IMG/VR virus record: IMGVR_UViG_3300036453_000007
Location: 1 to 39,679 of that record
DNA from: a virus
Taxonomy: Duplodnaviria > Caudoviricetes
Reading direction: 5' to 3' (one strand)
Length of the DNA stretch: 39,679 nucleotides
In this document: in pieces, positions 24,514 through 32,552 of the stretch
Numbering within the stretch: the stretch's first letter is position 1
Layout: the number at the start of each line of letters is the position of its first letter
Notes under the pieces: model-generated
Seen by the model: the letters and a program-made list of their open reading frames with translations, nothing else
Told to the model about the DNA's origin: nothing
Databases searched by the model: none
Position numbers and translations under genes: made by a program

Positions 24514-24917
24514 GCTGACCTCCTTGCTCGTGGTGAGTGCGACGCCGGGATTGCGGTGTATCTGTCCACCCGGACACTCCTATAACGGACGCGCCGCCGA
24601 CTGGGTTATGCGGGCCAGTCCCCGTTTGAGTCAAGATTTGGTACGACCAGCCGATAGCTCGAAAACCATCGCGAGCTCTAAGCCGGTCCTGCAAAAGCGC
24701 TGTTGAGTTATAGCCAGCCCTCTTTTCTTTGCCGAGTCCAACCCCCGATAGTGCTGGGGGCGAACATGCTCCGCGTGAACGGAGATACGGGTGCGCCGCT
24801 AGTCAGCGGGGCGAGGGGTGGTGCAGATCGTTGAGGACACGACGGGCCCCGGTGCATCCGAAAAACGAATCGCCGGCGGATTGCCCTACCAGTGGCAGGG
24901 CGCGAATGTGGGGCTAG
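24514..24917 (-). ncRNA. Structured intergenic leader in the early operon
   Basis: ~400 nt without a credible ORF, containing at least seven consecutive stem-loops. Confidence 0.45.
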
Positions 24918-25181
24918 TTAGGCAGCCCGCCCGCGGATACGACGCGCAGATGCGTCCGTGAGTCCGTGCGGGTTTGGGGGAGTGGCGGCGATGGTATGGG
25001 CCTTTACGTAGGCGAGGATCGCAGCGCGGGGGAAGGTGAGACAGTTGCCTTGCTTGAGGCAGGCGATGCGCTTCTGATTGACCAATCGGCGCAGTTTCTC
25101 CGGCTTGATCTTCAGGTATTCGGCAGTCTCTTCTAAGGTGTTGATGTCCTCGAGAGTGTTGACATCATCGAGGGCGGTCAT
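24918..25181 (-). CDS. Excisionase-like HTH protein (MerR-type)
   Basis: TLEETAEYLKI....LRRLV....IAC.K.G...FPR.AI..Y; second gene of the early operon. Confidence 0.75.
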   Translation of the reverse strand: MTALDDVNTLEDINTLEETAEYLKIKPEKLRRLVNQKRIACLKQGNCLTFPRAAILAYVKAHTIAATPPNPHGLTDASARRIRGRAA

Positions 25182-25408
25182 GCTGCTACCTGCACCGGCT
25201 TGGATGCAGCGGGTAGGTCTGTCATCCACGAGGCGGCGTCGGCCTTCAACTCGTGGGCAAGCATGAAGATGAATGAGGCGGGGAAGTCGTTCCCTTTAGA
25301 TTCGAGCATCGTCTGAAGCGTTGATTCAGCGAGGGGGGTTAGCGTTACCCCCTGGGCTCTTCTGGTGCTGTTGATCCGTTGCGCTAGTGTTGCTGTTGGC
25401 TTATCCAT
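25178..25408 (-). CDS. Cro-like protein
   Basis: 76 aa XRE-like helical protein divergent from the repressor; leaderless ATG 7 nt after TAGTCT. Confidence 0.65.
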   Translation of the reverse strand: MDKPTATLAQRINSTRRAQGVTLTPLAESTLQTMLESKGNDFPASFIFMLAHELKADAASWMTDLPAASKPVQVAA

Positions 25409-25504
25409 GTAGATAAGACTATCCATTTGGACAATCTGCGCAAGCCCAGAGCGAGCCCAGTTCGGGGGTATATCGGATTATCCATTTGGTAATAAGATGC
25501 CGAG
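25401..25504. promoter_or_regulatory. Genetic switch: divergent promoters and three operators (consensus TTATCCA-NN-TGGATAA)
   Basis: TTATCCATGTAGATAA 25401-25416, CTATCCATTTGGACAA 25419-25434, TTATCCATTTGGTAAT 25478-25493. Leftward TTGCGC-N16-TAGTCT; rightward -10 TAAGAT 6 nt before GTG. Confidence 0.8.
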
Positions 25505-25768
25505 GTGAATGAAATAGCCCCACCGTCGTTCGAAGACTACGACAACGCCCTAGCCTCAGTCCTTCTCGCGCGCAAGAAACAGCTCAAGATGAACTTTTTA
25601 GAGCTCTCCCAGGTCAGCGGCATGAAGTACCAGCAAGTCATGCGCCTAGTAAACGGTCACCGCCCGATGCAGTTCAGCGAGCTCGTCGCCCTCTGCCACG
25701 GGCTCGACATCACCGTTCAGGAAGTGGCGCGGTTGACCGAAGAGCGAGTGGCGAACACGTCCTCGTAG
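25505..25768 (+). CDS. Immunity repressor (XRE HTH)
   Basis: RKKQLKMNFLELSQVSGMKYQQVMRLVNGHR...ELVALCHGLDI is an XRE HTH; divergent from the cro-like gene. Confidence 0.85.
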   Translation: MNEIAPPSFEDYDNALASVLLARKKQLKMNFLELSQVSGMKYQQVMRLVNGHRPMQFSELVALCHGLDITVQEVARLTEERVANTSS

Positions 25769-26013
25769 CTCGCCCCGCTTTTCCGTATCAAGGCGAACAT
25801 CTTGCCGACGTACATATCGCCGGCTGCGATCGTAGCGATAACAGAGCAAGGCACGCCCGCAGTCACTGAAACGAATTCCAGTCTTGCGCGAACGTTTTCC
25901 ATGTATTCCTCAGGCATGAATTTCCCCAGAATTTCCCAATGCCAGAGTGATTTCTCAGAGCATGGTTCAACCCTAAGCGGCACCCCCGACACTCGTTTTT
26001 GATATGTCCTCAT
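25717..26013 (-). CDS. Hypothetical protein convergent with the repressor
   Basis: 98 aa ORF filling an AT-richer gap; weak RBS; 52-nt 3' overlap with the repressor. Confidence 0.45.
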   Translation of the reverse strand: MRTYQKRVSGVPLRVEPCSEKSLWHWEILGKFMPEEYMENVRARLEFVSVTAGVPCSVIATIAAGDMYVGKMFALIRKSGASYEDVFATRSSVNRATS

Positions 26014-26068
26014 TAAAGAGGACCCTCGATCAGGGGTTTATACATGTCTATCCCCCCAATTGGGGGCA

Positions 26069-27316
26069 CTATGGGAGCAGCTGCGGCATCGAGCCCGCCA
26101 GCGTGCGCCCCAGTGACTTCGCAGCGCTCGACATCATGCCAGGGGTCACGTGTCCATAAATATCCGACGTGGTTTTGATCGACTCGTGCCCGAGCTGTAA
26201 CTGCACGACCGTGAGCGGGATGCCGTCAGCTATCAGCCATGACGCGCAGGAGTGGCGCAGGTCGTGAATCCGCGGCACCTTCCCTAGCGGCTTGACTGCG
26301 GGCTTACGATCCCATACCCCCATCGATCGTGCCTCCCACGGCTTATCCGCGCTCCCCTTGGCGGCAGTGAACGGTGGTAGGCCATTGGCGAGCCTTCGCG
26401 CAGGGTTCCACACGCCAGACCAGAAGTTTTGTTGCCGGATCGCACCGCCACGGGAATTCGTGAATACGAACTCGCGCCCGGACTCCACCAGTGGCCGGAG
26501 AATTGGCAGCATGTCCACCGGCAGCGTCAGGAGCCGCTTCGACCGCTTCGTCTTCGGGGCTGCCAGATACCAACCGCGAGCCACTGACGACTTCCACGCT
26601 CGGGATATGCGGACAGTGGGTTGCGGGTCGCCGGCGAGGTCGGTAGCGTCCAGGTCAAAGTCGCCCGGCTTCAATGCCGTCGCCTCACCCCAACGAACGC
26701 CGGTGTTCGCGAGAATCTGCACGAGTGGCTGATACCAGACGGGAATGTAGCTGAGTAGCGTGGTGAACTCGTCGGGGGACAGGAACACCATTTCGCCGCG
26801 TTCGGAATCGGGCAGGTTAGTTTTCGCGCACGGGTTCCGCGTGATCAACTCGTCGTCAACGGCGCTTTGGAACATGGCGCTGAGAAACCCGTGACGATTC
26901 TTGATGCTCTTTGCCGCGTGACCATCCTCGGCTTGGAAGTTGACCCAGCCAGCCACCATCTCTTTGGTCACGGCATCCAGTGGCAGGTCGCCCATCGTCG
27001 GCCCGATGTGCAGGCGTATGAACATCCGGTAATGGTCGAGGGTCTTGCCTTCTACGCCGGACTTCGCGTTTATGTAGTGGTCGGCGTACTGGGCGACGGT
27101 CTGCAATTCTTCTCGGAGATCCCGACCCAGCAGCTTCACGGCTTCGGCTGGACCGATCGCACGAAGAATGCGTGCCCACTTCTGCGCTGCCTTGTCGGAC
27201 GCGAACGATACGCTGCGACTGCGACCATCTATGCGGTAGCGGACATCATGCGCTACGGAACCGTCAGCGCGGGCACGCGGGCGGACGGAACAAGAGTGAG
27301 GGGCAGGTGGGGTCAT
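26069..27316 (-). CDS. int: Tyrosine integrase
   Basis: TGVRWGEA (R), PKT (K), HDLRH, LGHESIKTTSDIY catalytic motifs; start at the ATGA overlap 27316. Confidence 0.95.
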   Translation of the reverse strand: MTPPAPHSCSVRPRARADGSVAHDVRYRIDGRSRSVSFASDKAAQKWARILRAIGPAEAVKLLGRDLREELQTVAQYADHYINAKSGVEGKTLDHYRMFIRLHIGPTMGDLPLDAVTKEMVAGWVNFQAEDGHAAKSIKNRHGFLSAMFQSAVDDELITRNPCAKTNLPDSERGEMVFLSPDEFTTLLSYIPVWYQPLVQILANTGVRWGEATALKPGDFDLDATDLAGDPQPTVRISRAWKSSVARGWYLAAPKTKRSKRLLTLPVDMLPILRPLVESGREFVFTNSRGGAIRQQNFWSGVWNPARRLANGLPPFTAAKGSADKPWEARSMGVWDRKPAVKPLGKVPRIHDLRHSCASWLIADGIPLTVVQLQLGHESIKTTSDIYGHVTPGMMSSAAKSLGRTLAGSMPQLLP

Positions 27317-27495
27317 GGCGAATACACCAACGTCACGTCCCCGATCCCATTCGCCAGGAGAAGCTTGGCTGCGCGTTCGCAAGCGTCCATGATTTCGGGC
27401 GCATTAGACCCGGACCCATTGGAGATGTCGCTGACGAAGAGAAGCTTGGCGATCCGCAGTGCGGTACGGTCGCGCTCTCCACCTTCGGCGGTCAC
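27313..27495 (-). CDS. Hypothetical protein coupled to int
   Basis: 60 aa, GTGA and ATGA overlaps. Confidence 0.65.
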   Translation of the reverse strand: MTAEGGERDRTALRIAKLLFVSDISNGSGSNAPEIMDACERAAKLLLANGIGDVTLVYSP

Positions 27496-27824
27496 TTGGC
27501 GGCCTTGGAGAGAACGGCACGCACTTTGTAGATCGCTACCAAGTCCTCGTCGTCATCCGGCAGAATCCCGGTGCCCCATTCGCTGTGGATTTGGTAGACG
27601 GCACTCTCCGCTGTGTCCAAGACTTCTGGCAGGGTTCCCTCAAGTCCCGCAATCACAGCCAGCGCCGCGTCGCGTTCGATCTTGAGATCAGCGATCTGTG
27701 CAAGTAGCGGATTCATCACTGATGGAAGGGTGATCTCGCATATCAGCCTGACGTCATCCTCCGTGATGTGCGGCGGCAGTCGCTTCTCGTTGCTTCCTGA
27801 CACTTGATCCCCTTTGCGTGACAC
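27492..27824 (-). CDS. Hypothetical protein
   Basis: 110 aa; perfect -10 TATAAT at 27833-27838 just upstream. Confidence 0.7.
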   Translation of the reverse strand: MSRKGDQVSGSNEKRLPPHITEDDVRLICEITLPSVMNPLLAQIADLKIERDAALAVIAGLEGTLPEVLDTAESAVYQIHSEWGTGILPDDDEDLVAIYKVRAVLSKAAK

Positions 27825-27922
27825 AGCCCGGCATTATAACTCACCTTCATTCTACCGTGAAACCCAGTCACCGTGTGGCATGGATGCGTGTTATGGCCTC
27901 AATGATCCGGTGGGAGAGAAGC

Positions 27923-27949
27923 AAAAAACCCCCGTTTACCGGGGGTTTT
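27923..27949. terminator. Bidirectional intrinsic terminator downstream of the attP tRNA fragment
   Basis: AAAAAACCCCCG-TTTAC-CGGGGGTTTT. Confidence 0.85.
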
Positions 27950-27961
27950 CCTGCCTAATTC

Positions 27962-27990
27962 TGGTACCGGTGGTGGGACTCGAACCCACA
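27962..27990 (-). mobile_element. attP core: 3' end of a tRNA gene (probably tRNA-Leu)
   Basis: TGTGGGTTCGAGTCCCACCACCGGTACCA is a T-arm, acceptor 3' strand, discriminator A and CCA, with no 5' half. Near int and flanked by repeats GGGCACTTT (28016, 28027) and GTGTGGCA. Confidence 0.85.
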
Positions 27991-28096
27991 TTACGGGTCG
28001 AGATTGCCGTAATTAGGGCACTTTTCGGGCACTTTCATATCCGATCGGATAATCTTTATACCCCCCTGTGTGGCAGCGTGCCACACCGAATACACA

Positions 28097-28414
28097 CTAT
28101 TGAGGCCTATACGGGTTGCTGGCGAGTGCCTCTCGCAAGGTGTACCCCTTGCCATCGAGGTTCGCTGCCGCGGTGTCGTAGACGGCGGCTTTGACCTCGT
28201 GAAGCTGTGCCAGGTTCTCGGGCAATGGCTCGCCAGCTACTAGCGCGTCCAGCCTGGCCTCTGCGACATCCTCATCCCATGATCCGACAGATTTTGAGTG
28301 GCGCTTTCCCGTGTCGTCTGCCTTGCGTACGGTGCCCACAAAGTACCCATTGTCGCGTTGGAACAGAGTGCCCTTTCCCTTGGCCCGCTTGTTCGGGCCC
28401 TTGGGCGGGGTCAT
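28097..28414 (-). CDS. Protein resembling a stand-alone integrase arm-DNA-binding domain
   Basis: KRAKGKGTLFQRDNGYFVGTV....TGKRHSKSV....EDVAEARL resembles tyrosine-integrase N-termini; no catalytic domain. Confidence 0.6.
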   Translation of the reverse strand: MTPPKGPNKRAKGKGTLFQRDNGYFVGTVRKADDTGKRHSKSVGSWDEDVAEARLDALVAGEPLPENLAQLHEVKAAVYDTAAANLDGKGYTLREALASNPYRPQ

Positions 28415-28770
28415 GCGCCCGGCACTCGGGTGGTGGCTTTAGCAACACTGGTTATAAGCCGGACAGTGACATCAATAACAATATGGGGATCGCCCCGGAA
28501 GATGATCAGGTTTCCACGTTCCACCTGTGTACCGGGCGGCAGGTAGAATGTTCCCCCTTGTTTTCGAGCAACAGATTCCATAATCCGGTAGGGCTCGCTA
28601 TCTCCGTCAACGATAGTGACATATTCAGTAAAAGCGTTTCCCCACATTTGATCCCCTTTGCGTGTAAGTTCGCCGGCGAGGGTGAGACTCGGGTCAGCCT
28701 CGACCCTCGCTGCGAACTCTTGAAGCTGCGCCCGCGTCTTCGGGGTTGCGGGCGGTTCTGTGCTCTTCAT
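28411..28770 (-). CDS. Hypothetical protein
   Basis: 119 aa, ATGA overlap with the downstream gene. Confidence 0.7.
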   Translation of the reverse strand: MKSTEPPATPKTRAQLQEFAARVEADPSLTLAGELTRKGDQMWGNAFTEYVTIVDGDSEPYRIMESVARKQGGTFYLPPGTQVERGNLIIFRGDPHIVIDVTVRLITSVAKATTRVPGA

Positions 28771-28772
28771 GC

Positions 28773-28895
28773 TTACTCAATTCTGCGGGCTCTCCCGCTG
28801 CGTCTTCTTCTGCCGTGCGACAACCACTCCGCCCCGGTCAGCGTTCCGAGGGCTAGGGATCTTCTACGCACAAAGACGCGGGTATTAGTATTCAT
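28773..28895 (-). CDS. Small Arg-rich peptide (40 aa)
   Basis: Hand-translated MNTNTRVFVRRRSLALGTLTGAEWLSHGRRRRSGRARRIE; RBS GAGAGGA; stop 2 nt before the next ATG. Confidence 0.55.
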   Translation of the reverse strand: MNTNTRVFVRRRSLALGTLTGAEWLSHGRRRRSGRARRIE

Positions 28896-28985
28896 GGTGG
28901 GTTCCTCTCTTGTCTATCGCTTGAGTGGAGCTGAGCCTCGCCGGTCTTGACTACCTGCGGGGCTCTTTCGTTTGGGTGTATTCAG

Positions 28986-29013
28986 AGACTAGCGCCAATG
29001 CAGCCATTGTCAA
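28986..29013 (-). promoter_or_regulatory. SigA-like promoter for the att-proximal operon
   Basis: TTGACA-N16-TAGTCT, immediately after the late-operon terminator. Confidence 0.7.
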
Positions 29014-29051
29014 GCCATGGGGGACATTACTTTCTGGCACGTCTCCCGGAC

Positions 29052-29100
29052 AAAGAAAAACGCCCCGCCACCCAGTCGTAGGACTGAGCAGCGGGGCATT
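29052..29100 (-). terminator. Late operon terminator
   Basis: GCCCCGCTGCTCAGTC-CTAC-GACTGGGTGGCGGGGC followed by GTTTTTCTTT. Confidence 0.9.
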
Positions 29101-29139
29101 GTCGTGCAGGTGTTGCCTAGGGATTGGCTCGGGTGAAAA

Positions 29140-30474
29140 TCACGCTGCCGTCCCTGGTAATGAGGTCGGCCATGCCTCGCCAGGAGTCACGTTTATAAAC
29201 ACGCGCGGATTATCCGACGCAACACTGCCTGCCGCTCCAAGCGTTACGCCGTGCGTGCCGACATTCGCAACAGCCCACGCACCTGAAAGTAGAACAGGGA
29301 TGGATTGTGATTCTTCGGCCGCCATTCCGGCAGTCGGCGGGATGGTGGCGCTGGCGTTGAAAGTGGCCCCGATTATCTGCACTCGCAGGTATCGACTGAT
29401 TCGCCGTATGTAGATTCCCCCGGCTACTCCAGTGGTCGGCTCAATGCCAACGATCGGTGTGCCAAGTTTGGCGCCTGAGCTGTTCCACGTGTATAGCGCG
29501 CGCCATCCAGTATCGCCGTTGAGGACAACCCACCCGGTATTGCCAGCGCCGCTCGCCTTGTACCACACGCGAGCGCCAAGGGTCGCGGCGGTATCGGTGT
29601 AGATGCTCCCGACGTTTGCTGTCACAACGCCGAGAGGAACGCCACTGCCTGATGCGATCTTGCTGGCAATAGCAGCCGCCTGCGCAGTTGACACGGGCTT
29701 GAGTGCATCTGATGTGTTGTCGACATTCGCCAGTCCGACGTGTGCCTTGGTGATGCCGGTGGGCGTGCCGGTGAACGCTGGAGACGCGCTCGGTGCCTTC
29801 GGTGCTACGGCTGCCGCGATCGTGGCAGTGAGTTGAGTCGTGGCCAACCGGGTTGGCACGTTCGCCTCAGGCAGCAACATGCCCGCGTCGAGAGGTGCAA
29901 CACCGTTCGCGCCGCCCCTGTTGACAGAGGCAGCGGAAGCAGCAGCCGCGTCCTTCGCGACGACAGCAGCAGCACGAGCCGTATCCGCTTTGGTCGCGCT
30001 CAGTTCGGCCGCGTTCTTGAGCGCGAGAGTGTCAGCGACTGCCTGGGTCCATGCGGCGGTGTCGACGCCAATGTCAGCGGGGACACGAACGACGGTAGAG
30101 AGATCCACGACCTCGTTGATGCCCATGCTAAAGCTGTAGCTTTCGCGCTCGTACCGCGATCCCTCTACGGAAACATCCCATGTCCAATCGTGGGGATTGA
30201 GGTCGATATCGGTACTGGAAATTAGAGGTACGCCGGGCATACCATCCGGGCCGCAAAGCACCCCGTCGTCGTTGGTGGTGGCGGTGAAGTTATTAATGAT
30301 GATGCTGACGGGCGGCGTGGAGGTCTTGTTAACGACGCGCGCGGGCTGAATGCTGGGCGTGAACGTGATATTCAGTCCGCGGATAGGGATGCCCACGAGC
30401 CCTCCAGCGTCAACCTGCGCGCGGAGGAAAACGCCTATTACGCGCCCCTGATTGACATTTGACGGTAGGGCCAT
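29140..30474 (-). CDS. Tail fibre / minor tail protein located after the lysis genes
   Basis: ITFTPS...LNPHDWTWDV anchor domain, Ala-rich coil, TKAHVGLANVDNTSD fibre repeat, GSIYTD...WYKASG.GNTGW...GDTGWR. Confidence 0.75.
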   Translation of the reverse strand: MALPSNVNQGRVIGVFLRAQVDAGGLVGIPIRGLNITFTPSIQPARVVNKTSTPPVSIIINNFTATTNDDGVLCGPDGMPGVPLISSTDIDLNPHDWTWDVSVEGSRYERESYSFSMGINEVVDLSTVVRVPADIGVDTAAWTQAVADTLALKNAAELSATKADTARAAAVVAKDAAAASAASVNRGGANGVAPLDAGMLLPEANVPTRLATTQLTATIAAAVAPKAPSASPAFTGTPTGITKAHVGLANVDNTSDALKPVSTAQAAAIASKIASGSGVPLGVVTANVGSIYTDTAATLGARVWYKASGAGNTGWVVLNGDTGWRALYTWNSSGAKLGTPIVGIEPTTGVAGGIYIRRISRYLRVQIIGATFNASATIPPTAGMAAEESQSIPVLLSGAWAVANVGTHGVTLGAAGSVASDNPRVFINVTPGEAWPTSLPGTAA

Positions 30475-30536
30475 GACTGCTCCTTAAGTGCAAATACCGC
30501 CCGTAGGCGGCAGGTGGTGACGTGTGTGTGTGGGTG

Positions 30537-30821
30537 CTACGCGGCGAGCTTGATCTTCGTGAGCCATTCGTTCACTCCGGGAATCGCCATGATGCGAGCG
30601 ACCGCACCAGCAACAGCACCGATCGTGGCGACAGCAGCGGTTGCCCATGCAAGCCATTCGGGCGGGAGGATCGCAGCGACCGCCTCGAGGAACTGCGGCG
30701 CCAGAACGGCTACAGCGGCGACTAGGGCTGCTGCACCGAGGATGGCACCAGCTACTGCCTGTAGGGCTGTGCGGGCCGTAGCGGTCCAGGGGCGGGCTAC
30801 CTGAGTAGGTGTGGTGGTCAT
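30537..30821 (-). CDS. Holin
   Basis: 94 aa, PW.AT.RTA.Q N-terminus, two hydrophobic segments, [13 protein letters not shown]-terminus; in the lysis cassette. Confidence 0.75.
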   Translation of the reverse strand: MTTTPTQVARPWTATARTALQAVAGAILGAAALVAAVAVLAPQFLEAVAAILPPEWLAWATAAVATIGAVAGAVARIMAIPGVNEWLTKIKLAA

Positions 30822-31474
30822 GGTTTCTCCTTGTTTGGAACGATGGGGTCGACTCGGCAGGGACCGGCGACCTGTCGAGTGCTCTGGTCGGTGAGGGTGA
30901 ACAGCCATGTGCCGTCCGGTTGGCATTCGATGGAAGCAATGCCGGGACCAACAGGACCAACAGGACCAGTTGAACCAGTTGAACCAGTAGGGCCAGTCAG
31001 ACCAGTCGGACCAATAGGACCAGTTGAGCCAGGAGAACCAGTAGCGCCCGCGGTTCCGTCAACCCCGGCGGCTCCATCCAATCCGCTAGACCCCGGCGCG
31101 CCATTCGATCCCGGCGCACCATTCAATCCGGCGCCACCCTGCACGCCCAGAAGCCCGTTGATGCCAGTCGGGCCGATGTCACCACGTGGGCCCTGATCGC
31201 CAGTGAATCCGCGCGGCCCCTGCTGCCCATCCTTGCCGGCGTCACCGGCCTTCCCCGCCTCGGCCTTCGTGTACTCGGCGGTGGGAGCGACTGGCGACTC
31301 TCCAGCTTCTTTCACCTGTTTCCGCAAGGCGTCGGAATTCTCGCCCATCGTCTGAATGAGCGCCTGCTGATTGCCGATCGTGACCGACTGCGATGTAGTC
31401 ATGACGGTGCTCACAATCAGGTATGCGGCCACGGCAAGCGCGGCAATCACCGCGACTGGTTTCTGCGATTTCAT
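30818..31474 (-). CDS. Membrane-anchored collagen-like (G-X-Y) protein
   Basis: N-terminal TM helix, short coiled coil, ~35 Gly-X-Y triplets, C-terminal domain with two Cys. Confidence 0.8.
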   Translation of the reverse strand: MKSQKPVAVIAALAVAAYLIVSTVMTTSQSVTIGNQQALIQTMGENSDALRKQVKEAGESPVAPTAEYTKAEAGKAGDAGKDGQQGPRGFTGDQGPRGDIGPTGINGLLGVQGGAGLNGAPGSNGAPGSSGLDGAAGVDGTAGATGSPGSTGPIGPTGLTGPTGSTGSTGPVGPVGPGIASIECQPDGTWLFTLTDQSTRQVAGPCRVDPIVPNKEKP

Positions 31475-31481
31475 ACGGTTC

Positions 31482-31721
31482 CTATTCGAAGTAATTGCTT
31501 GGGTACGGTGGCGCGGGTGGATCTCTCCGCGTGTTGATGTGCTCCCGGAGCACCTCGACGTAATCGGACGCGCGGCCGTAGCGTCGCTCCATGTCGGCTA
31601 TGCGCTTCTCGAGCTTTTCCATGCGGCTCGTCAGGTTGGTCTTGCGGGTCGCCATCCATGTCAGGAATCCGAGCGCACCGGTGACGGCGGTCCCAATGAC
31701 CCCCGTCAACCAGTCAGGCAT
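31482..31721 (-). CDS. Single-TM coiled-coil lysis-cassette protein
   Basis: [22 protein letters not shown] followed by a heptad region and Pro-rich end. Confidence 0.75.
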   Translation of the reverse strand: MPDWLTGVIGTAVTGALGFLTWMATRKTNLTSRMEKLEKRIADMERRYGRASDYVEVLREHINTRRDPPAPPYPSNYFE

Positions 31722-31800
31722 CTCTTGGTCGCTCGTGCTGGCATGAATCGCAACTCGGACCACACGTGCACGTGTTCGCCGGGTTGTGACGGCAGCTCAC
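31714..31800 (-). CDS. Cys-rich micropeptide (28 aa)
   Basis: [28 protein letters not shown]; GTGA overlap with the endolysin stop and 8-nt overlap with the next start. Confidence 0.5.
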   Translation of the reverse strand: MSCRHNPANTCTCGPSCDSCQHERPRDA

Positions 31801-32492
31801 AGCACGCGCCCGTCATGGTCAACGCTGCCAACGCGCTTCGGGATGGTGTCGAGGCTGCCTTGTTCGATGGTGCGTTCTCCGGGCCGGTCGCCACTCTCAC
31901 GCAGGACGGACAGCTGCGTCGGGTTCAGGTAGGAACGTTCGCCGGTGTACGGGTCGATGAGGTAGGGGAAGTCCTGCCCTGTTTCGGAGCCGAAGAGGAT
32001 GAACGGTTTCATGCGTGAGCCTTTCGAGGTGACTGCGGTGAGTGTGGTTGCTGCGAGTGTTGCGAGAGCGGGCCCTGCTTTGTACTGCCTGCGTGGGTTG
32101 ACCGGTACGCCTTTGATGCGCGCTTCGAAGTGCAGGTGGGCTCCTGCCGCGTTGCCGGTGTTGCCCTTGGTGCCGACGTGCTGCCCGCCGTCGACGTGCT
32201 GCCCGAGCGTGACGAGCATCGGGGTGTTCGGCTGGTGGGCGTAGAGCGTCGTAAGCCCGTTGCCGTGGTCGATGATGAAATAGTTGCCGTATCCACCCGA
32301 CCTGCGATTGGTCTTCGTGGTCGCGGACCAGCGCAACGATGACACCCGGCCTGATGCAGCCGCGTACACCTCGTATCCGTTGCCCCATCCGTAGTCCTCG
32401 CCGAGATGCACGATGGTGGACACGCCGGGTACAGGGTCGGCCTTGAATGCCCGGATCAGGTTGCCCTTGGATGGGCGGTGAGTGAGGCTCAT
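31797..32492 (-). CDS. Endolysin, M23 family peptidase
   Basis: HLGED (HxxxD), GYGNYFIIDHGNGLTTLYAH, GNTG...HLHFE motifs; RBS AGGAAGG. Confidence 0.9.
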   Translation of the reverse strand: MSLTHRPSKGNLIRAFKADPVPGVSTIVHLGEDYGWGNGYEVYAAASGRVSSLRWSATTKTNRRSGGYGNYFIIDHGNGLTTLYAHQPNTPMLVTLGQHVDGGQHVGTKGNTGNAAGAHLHFEARIKGVPVNPRRQYKAGPALATLAATTLTAVTSKGSRMKPFILFGSETGQDFPYLIDPYTGERSYLNPTQLSVLRESGDRPGERTIEQGSLDTIPKRVGSVDHDGRVL

Positions 32493-32513
32493 GGTTCCTT
32501 CCTGGTACGCGAA

Positions 32514-32539
32514 AGCGGGAGCCCCGAAGGACTCCCGCT
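32514..32539. terminator. Hairpin between the tail enzyme and endolysin genes
   Basis: AGCGGGAG-ccccgaagga-CTCCCGCT; on the minus strand it has a TTCG loop and a short TTT tail. Confidence 0.55.
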
Positions 32540-32552
32540 CGAATGGGTTGCG

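Noticed and set aside
27962-27990. Complete tRNA gene
   Set aside because: Only the T-arm and acceptor 3' strand are present. It is better explained as the attP core.
30940-31260. Short tandem repeats as a CRISPR array or DGR-like repeat
   Set aside because: The 9-bp periodicity is explained by Gly-X-Y codons. There are no spacers, cas genes or reverse transcriptase in the window.
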